Origin: Podarcis liolepis
Lineage: Eukaryota
Strand: one strand, 5' to 3'
Assembly (NCBI GenBank): GCA_965112155.1
Contig: OZ218098.1
DNA: 64,000 nucleotides
Of this stretch, positions 26,947 through 39,727 are shown piece by piece. A program made the position numbers and the translations under genes. The notes below the pieces were generated by a model that saw nothing but the letters and a program-made list of their open reading frames with translations, had not been told where the DNA came from and made no database searches. Every line of letters begins with the position of its first letter. Position 1 is the first letter of the stretch.

Positions 26947-29643
26947 AAGCTTTTAAGGAAACCTGAAGGACCTCTAAGTAGGTTGTCTGAGAGTGTCTTT
27001 CTGAGATGTTTTGCTTGAATGCAAAAACCTGTTCAATTGTGTTTCCTGGAAAAGCATGTCAGCTTGCCAGTATCCTTATTGGTGTGACCAGTTCAGGTTG
27101 TATGATGTAGCTGCATGTGACCAGTTTTCTTCTGCTTCGAAAATGCTAGTTCAACAATGCAGTAACAGCAAAAACAAAGAGGTGCCTCCCTGCAATCTCA
27201 GGGGCTGAGAATCATGAGCCATTTACATCTCCTTCATTACTCCCTTATCTTCTTTGGAAGAAAAATGGTTCTGCAGCCTTCCCAGCTTCCCACATGTCAG
27301 TTTGAAGTCCATGACATTAGATAATTCATCCCTTAGAGCTTTTCTAATTTGAAGGCACAGGCATCTAGGAGGCTGCAGAGCACTGGAAAAATGTTTACTA
27401 TAAAGAAAAACACAGAAAACTAAAGCCAGCTTGCAACAATAAACTAAGTTCTATCCTGCACCAACAAAATTCTAAAGAAAACAGAAGCCTCTTTTGCAAG
27501 GGAAGAAAAATTAGGAGGGCACAGATGTTGGCACAGCTCTACTTTACACTGCATAGATGCAATGTTAAACCACCTAGAAGGGTTGTAGAGGGTTTATTTG
27601 TAGTCACTCCATTGAAATGTCAGACGATGCATAGCAATGATTGCTCTGGATTAGAGAAGCTTGGAGTTAAACAATAACAAAGCTTAAAAACAAAAGTTGA
27701 AAAATAACCAGCTTTATCAAGCTGCACTTCGTTTGTGGTTATTTGCTTAAAGATAAATAAACATTAAAAGGAGTCCAAGGCATCTAAGCCAAGTCAGTTA
27801 CTAGCCTCACTTTTTGCCAGCCCCTAGAGGTATCAAAAGACTTAAAAAGAGGCTCATGCTACCCTGAGCACAGGGCAGGGTTGGATTAGAAAAATGTGTC
27901 CCTCTCCCAAATCCTGCTACCCTCTGCTCTCAGTGTTACACTGCCTGTGCGGAGCTCCCTCTTCCATTTTGTTAGGGGGATCTCTGCTTATGGAAGCACA
28001 CAGACAATCCCTAAATGGAGCATTCCAGGAAGGGGGCTGAGCTGACCCAAAATCTTATGGATCTCAGTATGGGCCTGCTGCGATCACTTGATGCTTTTGC
28101 CTGCCTTCTGCCCAAGCCAGTTTAAGCGATGTGGCTGTGTACACACTTGCAAACTGCTCATCATTATGATTGGAAGAGGGAGACATTGTGAAACATAGGA
28201 ACCTTAGAGGCTACAACACATCATTTCCCCATCCTGAATGGAAGCCTGCGCACACAGCACAGAATACTTTTTCAACATTTGTTAAGTAGGGTGCATTCTA
28301 AATGTACTGTACCTCCCAAGTCTTAAAAACCCACTGGCAGCCATCTCTTTGGCGCATACCTCTTTGTATGTGTGGACCGGGGCACTAATTCAATCATGGT
28401 ATTAGAAATGTACTAGAAAAACCACACCTCGTTTTATTTCCTAATATCAGCCAGCCCTGGTGGACATGATGAGAAGCAGATATTGTGGTCAGAAGTTCCC
28501 TCTCTCACACATACCATTATGGTTAGCATAGCACTTTGTGTATCTTTGCCGGCTGCAGGATGTTCTCCTCCCTGTTAACTATACTGTGCATTCTCTTGCG
28601 GGGAGAGTGCACTATAGTTCGGGAACCACAGCACTACAAGGTAATGTATTAATCTCCATCTTGTGAAAATCAACGAATGAAATGAAGTTGAGAACCAGTG
28701 AAATCAATAAAGCTGCCTAACTTCTTAGATTGTTTTCTATGGGAGAGCAGCAGTTCTCTTCATCACAGAAGATAACTTCTTTCCCATTCCACCCTTTGGG
28801 TCTCCTCCCTCCCTACTCCCCACCTACATAAAATGTGGCTGAGATCTGCAAGTTATCCACCCCAGAATTGCACAAAGCTTTGGTGAGAATTGCACTAGAG
28901 ATTTGGGTTGGGATGTCATCAGTATTCTGATGACACTTGGCTGCATCTTTTGTTTACATGTTTTGATTCCAGAACAGTGGTGTTTCTGAAAATAGTGATT
29001 AGCGTCAGAACTAAAGTGGATGGGGGCAACCAAACTTAAACCAGACATGATAGCAGTCCTGTTACTTAGAGGGTCTGGAATCATACAGAGTAAGCTGCTC
29101 TGGATAATGTTCCAGTCTCTTAGAGATCAGGATCACAAGTTGCATTTGCTTCTGGATGTCCCAAGTGGTGGGAGTGCTTTTTATCAGCTTTAGTTTGTAT
29201 ACCAGCAATTACTGATTTTTGCAAGTCCTTTGCCCACAGATTGTAGGCCATGTATAGTCTCTGTGCTATCAAAAAGTGGAGAAATTGGGTGGGTGGGACA
29301 TACAGATGAATTATGCATAATGATCTACACCAGGTGAGTGGATCTGACATTTGCTGCTGCACTGCAACATGCTCAGGTAAACTGGGTCAAGCAACCATTA
29401 AAAATAAAAGTTAAGATGGCAGAGATGCCCACCCCTTCCAGTGCATAACCACGTCCTTTTTCTTTTCCCACATTCTGCAGGTTGGAGAATGAGCTTCTGA
29501 AATAGGAACCTTCTGTACTATTGGGCCTCCCATAAGATTTAAAACCCTGGATAATGAAAGTTCTAAGTCATGGGGGGAAACTCCATGAGTACAGAATCTC
29601 CCTGCTTTAAACGTTTGCCCTCATGCACCAGAGGGCATAGAGA

Positions 29644-29763
29644 CAGATGGTAGGGAACCTTTGGCCCTCCAGACATTGCTGAACTGCAAGCATGACCAAT
29701 GACCACAGGTGGTGGCAGCTGGTAGTTCAGGAACATCTGAAGAGCCAAAGGTTCCCCACACCA
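29644..29763. mobile_element. degenerate palindromic hAT MITE
   Basis: GGGAACCTTTGGC...GCCAAAGGTTCCC inverted arms. Confidence 0.6.
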
Positions 29764-31082
29764 GGGGGTAGAGATTTGAGCTTTCCCTTGCTCTCCTTAG
29801 GTGTTTGTCATATGAAGAAACTGAACAGCCAAATAGAGTCAGTGAAGAAGGGTTTTCTTTGATACATGGTAACTTCATGAGATGATCATCATGAAATGTA
29901 ATCAAAGGTTGCAGTTTTCCCAGTCTAGGTTGGGGAGGGTATTATAGCAAGGGTGGTGCTTTATCGTGTGTATTTGGGAAGGGTGCTGCAGGAAAATGGA
30001 AGTGAAAGATGTTACCGTAATAATTATTGTGACATGAAGAGTAAAAGAGAAGTGCTGTGTACTAAAGATTGTAAGGAGGATGAACAGAGTGAACAGAACA
30101 CTTCCATTCTATTGCTTCTTAGAATTGTTGTTGTTGACATCAGTCTATCTTGAAAGACAATGGAGCGCACATCTGGGGGCAAAGCCAAACTGCCAGAGAA
30201 TCACAGCTGTGGCTGTGGCTGCAGTAACTCGTAACTACTGCCTCCCACATTGTTTTTGCTGTGTTAGCAGCACCAAAGTGACCTCTCCAGGGCGCAAGCG
30301 TATGGACGTCTTGGGATAACATTAATTACATAAGATTGCCATCTGTATCCAGATCTTTTAAAAGCAACTGTGAAAAAGCATCTGCATTATTAGCATGCCA
30401 GCTTCATTGCAGATCAGGAAAAGCACACATCAGTGGTTGCCAAATTTGTGAGCTTTGTTTAAAAATGCAAATAATCACTTGCTTAGGTGTTCGTGGTTTG
30501 CCTAACAGGAAAAGGTGGGTACCACAAGATGGTTCACATTCTAGAAAATAATTGTGTAATATCTGAGAGGGTCTCAATCATAGATAGCACGGTGTTATGC
30601 TATTTATTTAAAGGATTATGCTCTGCCTTGAGCAAAAAGCCCTCAAGGTAGCATACATAAATCTTTAAAAGCATATGCAAATGCTTGACCAATCCATACA
30701 CTTTGTGGGTTTTTTATTTTTTAGTGCTGGGTAGGAGCTTAAGGAGCCCTGCAGTTGTACTTTGGGGGGGGGGGCTGCATGGTGGATGGGACAGAGCCAT
30801 AGGTGAATGGATATGACCCTTCTCTTTTCTAGTCATGCATAATTCAGAGGTTTCTGAGCACTCATCTCTCTATCCAGGCAAGTAAGAGGCATTGTCTCAG
30901 TTCAAGGACTTCATTCCAGCAAAGCAAAAGGACTTAGGGAGGGCCTAGATCAAAAACAGTGTGGGTTGTCCTGAGGGCTGCATCAAGAGGCTCCTAGGCC
31001 TAAAGTTCCCCACCCTTGCTGCAGAAACTTGCTTTGAATTGTTTGTGCCTAAAACCTTGTTTCCTTATCATATCCCATGTAG

Positions 31083-31255
31083 TGTGCCCCTGATCGTTGA
31101 TTTACTGGATAACAAGGAATTGTTGGAAACTTGTATTGACAATACTACTGATTTTCCTCCTGCCGGAGGGTCAGCTGAAGCGTTGGAACAAACAGGGCTT
31201 GGCTTCACTCTTGTTGGCACAAAGGAGCAACCCTCCGACAAGGCGGATCCTCTTG
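31083..31255 (+). CDS. EPB41L5: EPB41L5 first long-isoform-specific exon
   Basis: gtag|...|gtaagg; CVPLIVDLLDNKELLETCID...KADPL; phase 2/1. Confidence 0.88.
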
Positions 31256-31638
31256 GTAAGGAAATGTCTGGTAGAATGGGAGTTACTGGGACATTTAAAA
31301 TACCTGCTTACTTGTCTGTGATACTGCAAAGTATCTGATGTGTATCTGGAAAGTATCTGGAACGCTTTAACGTTCAACAAGAATTGTGATCCTTCCTAAC
31401 CTCCCAACGTGAGCTTATCTGCAACAGACCGCAGTTCTTAACAAAACAGTAGGATTTCCAGATGCTTCCAGCTGGTGCATATGCAATAATAAGTATGGTT
31501 GCACAGACGATGTTAAAAAAAACAGATAAATTACAGGAAAGTGTAATCCTGGTTTTAATAATTGACAGAAATGACAAAAGATTTTCAGAGCACCATTCCA
31601 GTCTTAGGTTGACTTATATCCTATCTCTATTTGAGCAG

Positions 31639-31727
31639 GTGAGGATGCATCATTGAAACTCAAGCGGCTGGAAGCAGAACTCAACCCTTTGCTGGTTTCC
31701 CAGTCCAACATAAACATCAGTAAACAG
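31639..31727 (+). CDS. EPB41L5: EPB41L5 long-isoform exon
   Basis: gcag|...|gtactg; GEDASLKLKRLEAELNPLLVSQSNINISKQ. Confidence 0.88.
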
Positions 31728-34700
31728 GTACTGAGTATTCATTCCTCCCAAAGTTACTGAGTGTAAAGTTTAGGTTTCAGTGAAATTTGTTACTTTCCTG
31801 CTCTTTAGCCCTGCCTATATTCTGTTTTTGGAAAACCCCTGTAAAAGCTGACTAGATGCATGTGTGAATATGATAGAAATTCTCTGGGATCTTCCTGAAT
31901 AACCTAGACTGGTTTACAGTCTGAGAGGTAGCAGTTGGCACCATATCTTGTTGGGAATACAGCTCCTTTAATTGAGAACAGATTTCCTCCTAAGACAGAC
32001 AGCTTCTTGCAGGACAATTTCAGCCCCAAGGAGTCTCCATGCTAGTGCATGAGAAAAACTCCAGGTTACTGGCTCCCTGACCAAACAGAAGAACCAAGTG
32101 CATTTCCATGAGTGATGTGGAGCTGAACATCTGCTCCCACTCTGAGGCCCAGGTCATGTTCTCTAAAATAATTCACATGCAACAATCCGTCTTAGCAGCA
32201 TCAAGGAAATACTGTATGCGCTGACAAGGTCCACTAGATGCCAGCAATTCATGGGAACACAGGGGATATTTTTTCGTTCCCTGTGCTCATGCAAGTCACC
32301 ATCAGAAACTTTTGGGGTTTCAGCAATTCACAACACACTTTTTTCTTTTGCCTGGTTTGGTGGGGATTTTGGTGCTTTAAGTCTACAAACAAGCATGTTA
32401 GTGTGACCCTTGTCATCCAGCTGCATGCATACCTTCTGCAACCAACAAACAGATTATATCAATGGGGGAGAGGGAAACTAACATCATATTCCTCCTCCAC
32501 TGTTCTTGGAATCAACTCCAGCACAGAATCTTCTTTCTTCTAGCTAGCAGTGATAATGAAGGAAAGCCTTTGACTAGTTACTCCTCCATCATTCCTAGAT
32601 CTAGCTAAAACTCAACAACAGCAGACAGAATCCTGCATGGCTTTCTAATCATTTAATTGCTGTGAGACCACCGTGGGAGCCAATTTTTGGTTGAAAAGCA
32701 GGATGAAAAGGCAATGAGCTAATAAATAATGGGTCTTTTTTTGCTCGCTCTTTAGTTGGCAGGAGTAGCAGAGCATTGTAGCTTACTGAGAGTATTGAGG
32801 AACATGCAGGTCCTCATGGTTTTTTCTGTTTTCTGGCCTATGTTGAAGCACCTCACAAGGAAAAAGTAGTTACTTCTGAATGCTCACGTTTTCCTCAATG
32901 GCTTTCATCTGCCTTGTGCACAGTTCATGGCTAGTGTATTATAAAGATTACACAGTCTGTAAGAAGATTAGCCTTGGGGTTCTTTTCTGATGGCTCTTCC
33001 TCATAAACAGAAGTAAACACACTCAATCCTGATCAGTGTCTAAGTCTGTTTTTTATTGTGCTTCAGCTTTAAAAAATGAAGAAAACAAGACCTCAAGTGA
33101 TTAAGGAAATGAAGGTGTCTCAAACGATAATTAAACTAAAAATATGCGGACCCCCATGAGTATAGGTTATTTGTTCAACTTATGTATTCAGTTTATATTA
33201 ACAAACAAATGCCATATGAATAGAACTAATGATTTTGTGCATGTTGGTACTTGCATAAACTAGGTTCTGTGTTAGGGAGTCTTACACTGTGATTTAAAAG
33301 TGTGGAGGGTTATAGCTGCCTTTGCATAACTGATGTGTGGATTTTTCAATATCAGACTATCCTATGCAGGGAACCCTTAAATCCAGAACAGATCACCATG
33401 TACTTAACCTGTTTTGTTACCATTAAATGGATTCTTTTAAGAGTGCCAAGTTATGTTTTCTTTTCCTCAGTGAAGGTGCAACTCATTTAAGCTTTATAAA
33501 TCATCATTTCCTTTGCACCCAGAAGCACAAAGTAACACAGGAACCCTGTGTTACCCGCTGCCGTTTCAAATGCTTACAAAATTGTGAATTTAATGCTCAT
33601 ATACAATAATGCAGATGTGGCCTAACTTAATTGTAGCTTTTAAACTTTTTAGAAAAGTTTTTTTGCAGAAATGCTTGTATGTTTTATTTCATTTTGTACC
33701 TTTTTCCATAGGCTGGGGGTGGCTCCACAGCCATTTGTAGCGTCTGTCCCTCACTGCTCAACTTATTTCCTTCCCACACTAACCTTAACCCTCCTTATGT
33801 ACAAAATATTCATATAGCAAATAAGCAATTGTACCCGAGGGCTAAAACTTGCTAATTTTCTGGACTTCTCAAAATGGTTTAATATTTTACTATTACTTAT
33901 GATAGCATAATGTAGGGATAATGCTGAAGTCTTGTGGGAGGACAGACCTTCCAACAAGCTCAGCAACAAGATGAGAACCACAAACCATTGGCTCTCTATT
34001 TAGCTGTAGAGGTTTTATCTCACTGCAGTGGGTCCTATAACTTCCCCCCAAACGGCATTCTGAAATACCTTCAGATTCCTTTCATAAACTGATGATGCAA
34101 ATAGTTTAAAATTCAGTTTGCTTTGCCAGCATTTATTTTCTTGCGTTAGGACGGCAGTGAAATATTTTGTTGGAAAATAATCTCCCTGTTTCATGTTTGA
34201 AACTGTAGTATGAATGGCCCTATTCTTACAAGAGAGTTGCTGTTGTTTTTGGCAACTTGCTGGACTGGAAGCTTGCAAGGTTGGCAGTGCCAAGATCTAG
34301 ACAATCATGCTGGCACTGAAGGGAGCAATTAATTTCTAAATGCACAGGCATTCCAGTTTCTTGAGTTTCTGGAATGTAGGGAACAATGCAAGTAAAACTT
34401 CATTAGTGATTTTTTTTAAAAAATGGTATTTTGTAAGATAGATACCGAGCAGTAGGTGGAAAAAAGTAGCTTGAAAACATGACTAAACTCCATAAACACA
34501 CCCACAGCTGGAGAAGCACATCAGAACGACTCTGATGCTCCTGGGACCAAGTCAGCTCTTCTGAGTCCTGCCTTCTCTCTGGAACCCTTTGTGGATGAGT
34601 TCACTTTTAAGAGCATTCTACAGGGGAGGGGGTAATTGTTCTATTGAAATCCAACTCTTGGAAGATTAAATACAACAGCAGACAGATTAAATAATCTGGA

Positions 34701-34962
34701 CTTCGCTCAGCAACCATTGTCTCTACAAATCACTCTAATTCTGGTTGGAAGGCAGAAAGAAACCAGAGAGGCAAAAAGAATATTGCCTCTCCCCATTTGG
34801 ACATCAACAAGGAAGAGGAGGGAGCTCATTTGGATAAAATAGTATCTTAACAGGAAATGGATTTTTAATGTGGAGGTAAAATTGGAAAATTACTTTTTGC
34901 TACAAGCATTTACAAAGTTTATGGGAATCAAAATTTCCCCCCCTCACCCTGGCCCCAGTACC

Positions 34963-35183
34963 TTTTATTTTGTTTATTTATCAATACTTTATCCCACCTT
35001 TGCTCCCAAGGAGCTCAAGGCAGCATATACAGTTCTTTCTCCCTATTTTATCCGCACAACAACCCTTAGGTAGGTTAGCCTGAGAGACTGTGACTGGCCC
35101 AAGATCACCCAGTGAGTTTCATGGCTGAGAAAGGATTTAACCCTGGTCTCCCAGGTTCAACACTCTAACCACTATACCATACT
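34963..35183 (-). mobile_element. Squam3/MIR-like SINE (approximate ends)
   Basis: reverse-complement tRNA head (CTAACCACTATACCA), core GTGACTGGCCCAAGATCACCCAG, (TTTA)n tail. Confidence 0.75.
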
Positions 35184-35361
35184 CACTCTCTGTGTTTCCC
35201 TTTTTATCCCAGTTGTATAGCTGCACTAATAAGCATGTGTTAATGAGCATGTGCCCCTCCGGTTTGGCTCTGGTTTCTTAATACAGTGTGTGTTCCAAAA
35301 CATTAGCAAGCAAACTTTGTTCCTAGTCAGAGCTTTTGCAAAATGCTCCAAATTGTATATA

Positions 35362-35869
35362 CCGTATTTTGCGCCCCATAGGACGCTCCGGCCCATAGGA
35401 CGCACCTAGTTTTTTTTGGGGGGGGGAATAAAGAAAAAAAATTTATCCCCCCCCCAGGTGTGGGGCTGGAAGAACCAGGTCGGGGAACAGTGGGAAGGCA
35501 CGCTCTGCCTCCCCGCTGTCCCCCGAGCTTGTGGGGCTGGCGATGGGAAGAAGTGCGCTGATCCCAGGACTGCAGGCAGCTCTGCACGGCCACCGGGAGC
35601 GGGGCGGACCTTAGCGCCCCGCTCCGGATGGCGGCGCAGAGCTGCGCTGGTCCCAGGACTGCAGGCAGCTCTGCGCAACCCTCTGAGCCGGTCTCCCGAG
35701 GGTTGCGCAGAGCTTCCTGAAGCCTGGAGAGCGAGAGGGGTCGGTGCGCACCGACCCCTCTCGCTCTCCAGGCTTCAGCGAAAGCCTGCATTCGCCCCAT
35801 AGGACGCACACACATTTCCCCTTCATTTTTGGAGGGGAAAAAGTGCGTCCTATGGGGCGAAAAATACGG
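35362..35869. mobile_element. Tc1/mariner-pogo type MITE with GC-rich palindromic interior
   Basis: TA TSD; TIR CCGTATTTT(G/T)CGCCCCATAGGACGC. Confidence 0.9.
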
Positions 35870-36083
35870 TACTGCTTTTGAAACCACACATCTCTGAGTG
35901 CACAGGATTTTCTCCAGTACACTGTATTCAGTCCTGCTTGTCTGTTTGAAGCGTAATTATTTACAGGTTCTGGTTTTGTGACCCCCGTTTGTGTGTCCTC
36001 TGTGCTGCTCCCGGTGGCTATTAATCTACCTAGATTCTCCCTAGAGAGATGCTGCTAATTAATGCACCTCTGTCACTTTGTAG

Positions 36084-36212
36084 CAGGAGGTGGTGAAGCT
36101 GACAGAGAAATGTCTCAACAATGCCATTGAGAGCCCAGTGAGTGCCTCTGTACGGCTGCCTCCAGACATCAAGAGCAACATTCTGAAGGCCCAGGCCGAG
36201 GCAGTGAACAAG
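36084..36212 (+). CDS. EPB41L5: EPB41L5 long-isoform exon (tandem TAG/CAG acceptor; may start at 36087)
   Basis: tag|cag|...|gtaagt; QEVVKLTEKCLNNAIESPVSASVRLPPDIKSNILKAQAEAVNK. Confidence 0.93.
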
Positions 36213-37641
36213 GTAAGTGTTGTAATCCAAGCATTTGCCATTGGGATCAGTAAATGCACATTTCTGCAGTATTTTCTTTGAGTGACTTAGATCTTGCTAA
36301 TATTCCTTGTGCCTGGTATGCAGATATTTTTTGTGGCTCCAGTTTTTGGAAGGCTAAGAAAATCCTGAGGGTGAAACTAATCTCTGTCGTCTTGCGCCCT
36401 CCCACTTTCTGTCTGTGGCTCTCATAGAATATTGATGAGTAGAGCTTTCCATTGCAGATGGCGTGCAAACCTTTTTCTCAGCAAGTGGTGGCTTTTTTTT
36501 TTTATTTAGCATGAGAGAACCGTCCTTTGGCCCGTCACACCTTTCCACATGGTAGTGTAGAATTTTTCTTCTTTGCTGCTCCCCTCCATTCTAAAAGTCT
36601 TGCAAAATCTGCAGGTTGGAAGATTTGTTCTTGCTCATTCTTTTTATTTTCCCTCTTGATAAAAAATACCCTCGCAGAATAAAATGTCTATCTGATCTAT
36701 GGGCTTCACCTGACCGTACTTTGCTTTGGGGCAGAAAGATGTAATTACTGATAACAAAAAGAGCTGTGGAATACCTTTCTTTCTTTATTAAATAAACATT
36801 TTGACTGGAGTCGATGATGCGCATTTGCTGTTAAAATAGTTTCCTGAAAATCTGATGGTTCAAGCTCTCTGTCCCCTTGTCATAACTGGACCTTATAAGT
36901 CACAGGTGCTGCCACATAAAAAGTTGCTGCATTCTCTAATTCTCATTTCCAAAGCTGTCAGTTTAATATTACTCAGGAAATTATATTTAACAGGCACACT
37001 GTAGGATTCAGAGCCCAACTTGACTTTCAGATCACAAGTGATTGAATACGAATAAGTACTTGGGGTCATACTTGATGTGCTCATGCTATACAGAAGCATC
37101 AAAGTGAGATATCTCTGAATGCTAAGCAGGCTACAAGATACAGTATGGTTTTCTATCTCAGTATCCTTTCTGTGCAGCCTGGCTCCCTGCTGGTTTTGAA
37201 AGTGTAATAACTTTTGTTAATCAGGGCATTTGGAGATAGCTATGGGGAGTGAGTGATTTGTATCTGCCTGTTTTTGATGCAACTATTTTGACCTTGCTGT
37301 GTGGTTGGTGTTTTGTTTTTGTTTTGTTTTTTGTCTTTCTTCCTTTTATTGTGGAGCTTAGTATTATACTTATTTTGTATTGTAAACCACTTTAGAAAGC
37401 CTAATAAGATGCAAAGGTGGTGTTTAAATTTTAAAATAAATATGTATTGGTATACGTTGTCCATGTAAAATGGGACTGTTTCAGTTCTGATCATTAGAAC
37501 TCTATTCTGTTTCCTTTTCACAGTAAGCATGTAGCCTGTCCTTGACCTGTTGCAGCGGAATGGCCTTGCTTTTTATAAAATCATAAATCTCTGCAAAATT
37601 CTCAGTTTCTAAAGTGTTCTGTTATGTCTCTTTTCTTTCAG

Positions 37642-37703
37642 GTCATGAGGGAGGACAGCATGTCTGGCAACAAGAACACCAACCTTCAAGATGCTGCTGG
37701 CAG
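37642..37703 (+). CDS. EPB41L5: EPB41L5 long-isoform exon
   Basis: ttcag|...|gtatag; VMREDSMSGNKNTNLQDAAGR. Confidence 0.9.
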
Positions 37704-38928
37704 GTATAGGCACTGAGGGTGAATTGTGCTGAGGGATTCAGGTATAACTGCGCTCATGGCAGTGTGGGCAGTTTGCTTCAGTTACTCTGTGAATCAAGAA
37801 GCCACATGGGAAAGGTTCCCATAAAACTGGAGTTAGCTGGTAGTTTAGAAAGATGTTATCATGAATGCTTAATTTACAAGTAGGCTTGACTGCTTGTCCC
37901 TTGAATTCATGAACCCAATGAAAGTGCTTAGCCCTTTAAAGAGAGAGAGAGAGATTACTTTTCCTCATTACTAGATTGGGAACCTGAGAGAGGGAGGATA
38001 TCACCACCTGGCCTACAGATCAAATGCAAGTATATGGAGGGTAGAGGAATTCCCATGGCTTAGTGTCACTTCTTGGCTGCCCTTCTGAGAGGCAGAAAAG
38101 GAATTAGTTTCAGTGCACTGGTGTGTGATGTAAATGCCATGGGAAGTCCTGGCACCAGCAACTCTTGGCTTCCCGCAGGCTAAGGATTTGCAAAGATTTT
38201 TGTCTGCTAAATTGGTACTAGATTGGGTGCATAAGATGGAAAGAGAGGTGGAATTCTGCAATTCTCTAATCTTGCACAGCTCCAGTGTAGAATTCAGTAT
38301 CCTGAGAATGTTCGCTTTAGTTTTAAAATACTCTGTTTCTATCCACTCAGGCTGTGGGGATCTGTTTGAATGCATGTGGGCAATTATATGAGTGTGGCAT
38401 TCTTATTCCACCTAGCATAGAAAGCTGCCTTACACCAAAACACAGTGTTTTCCTGTGTAGCCTAGTATTACCCATTGTGATTTAACAGCAGCTGCCCGGG
38501 GTCTCAGGCTGAGATACCTCCCCTGCTATTGGATTCTTCTAGCTGGAGATGACAGGAATTCAACCAGAAATCACCTGTATGTGCTCCCACCACTGTTCAG
38601 GGCGGTGCTACGTTTATTGTCAGAACAATCCTCTGAGGCAAGCTAGGCCAAGCACGTGTGACTGGCCCAGGGCCACACAGGAAGCTTCGTCACTAAGAGG
38701 AGATGTGAGCTTGATTTTCCATGGTCATAATTGAATGCTGCTCAACTCTGCCATACATATAGCTCTCTCGAATGTGTACTCTTTCCCTCTGTTGTCGAGC
38801 AGAAGCGTAAAAAATTATGCAGAATAAATTGGTTCCTGGTATATCTATCTATATACAGTCAACTTTATTTCATTTGCCCAGACTTACTTCTTCCTACGTC
38901 TAGCAGAATTATGCTTTATTGAAATCTA

Positions 38929-39277
38929 GTAAAGGTAAAGGGACCCCTGACCATTAGGTCCAGTCGTGGCCGACTCTGGGGTTGCAGTGCTCATCTCGCT
39001 TTATTGGCCGAGGGAGCCAGCATACAGCTTCCGTGTCATGTGGCCAGCATGACTAAGCCGCTTCTGGCGAACCAGAGCAGTGCACGGAAACGCCATTTAC
39101 CTTCCCGCCAGAGCGGTACCTATTTATCTACTTGCACTTCGTGCTTTCGAACTGCTAGGTTGGCAGGAGCAGGGACCGAACAACGGGAGCTCACCCCATC
39201 ACGCGGATTCGAATAGCCGACCTTCTGATCAGCAAGTCCTAGGCTCTGTGGTTTAACCCACAGCACCACCCGTGTCC
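38929..39277 (-). mobile_element. full-length Sauria SINE
   Basis: reverse complement of the 63315 copy; (ACCTTT)n tail; 13-bp TSD TTATTGAAATCTA. Confidence 0.93.
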
Positions 39278-39334
39278 TTATTGAAATCTACATTGCACTA
39301 AAGCCTTGGGCGCATGGTTGAAAATAGCCTAAAG

Positions 39335-39472
39335 CAGTGTTTCCCAAACTTGGGTCTCCAGCTGCTTTTAGACTACAACTCCCATCATCCCCGACCACTG
39401 GTCCTGCCTAGCTAGGGATGTTGGGAGTTGTAGTCCCAGCAACAGCTGGAGACCCAAGTTTGAGAAGCACTG
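39335..39472. mobile_element. palindromic hAT MITE
   Basis: CAGTGTTTCCCAAACTTGGGTCTCCAGCTG...CAGCTGGAGACCCAAGTTTGAGAAGCACTG; TSD GCCTAAAG/GCCTACAC. Confidence 0.85.
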
Positions 39473-39613
39473 GCCTACACCTTGGCTTTTTATTGCTAAT
39501 GCAAAGGTTTGTTCACTGGAGAATAGTGGCAAAGGTGGTATGATTTATATATATGAGATCTTAGAATTCCTATGACATGCTCATAGTCAAACTTTTGGGT
39601 CTGGTTTGTTCAG

Positions 39614-39727
39614 GAGCATTCTTCTGTCTGGAAAAGTTCAGAACAGCCCTCTGAGAGCCCACAGCCCCGTGTTCCAGGAGTCGAGAGAGAGGCTGAAAGT
39701 GATTCCTATCTCCAATGCCTTCATTCC
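39614..39727 (+). CDS. candidate additional cassette exon of EPB41L5
   Basis: ttcag|114 nt|gtaagt; stop-free in the phase-2/2 frame of the host intron (SILLSGKVQNSPLRAHSPVFQESRERLKVIPISNAFIP). Confidence 0.4.

Noticed and set aside
35327-35922. Several overlapping ORFs up to 186 aa
   Set aside because: They are by-products of the GC-rich palindromic MITE; no transposase motifs.
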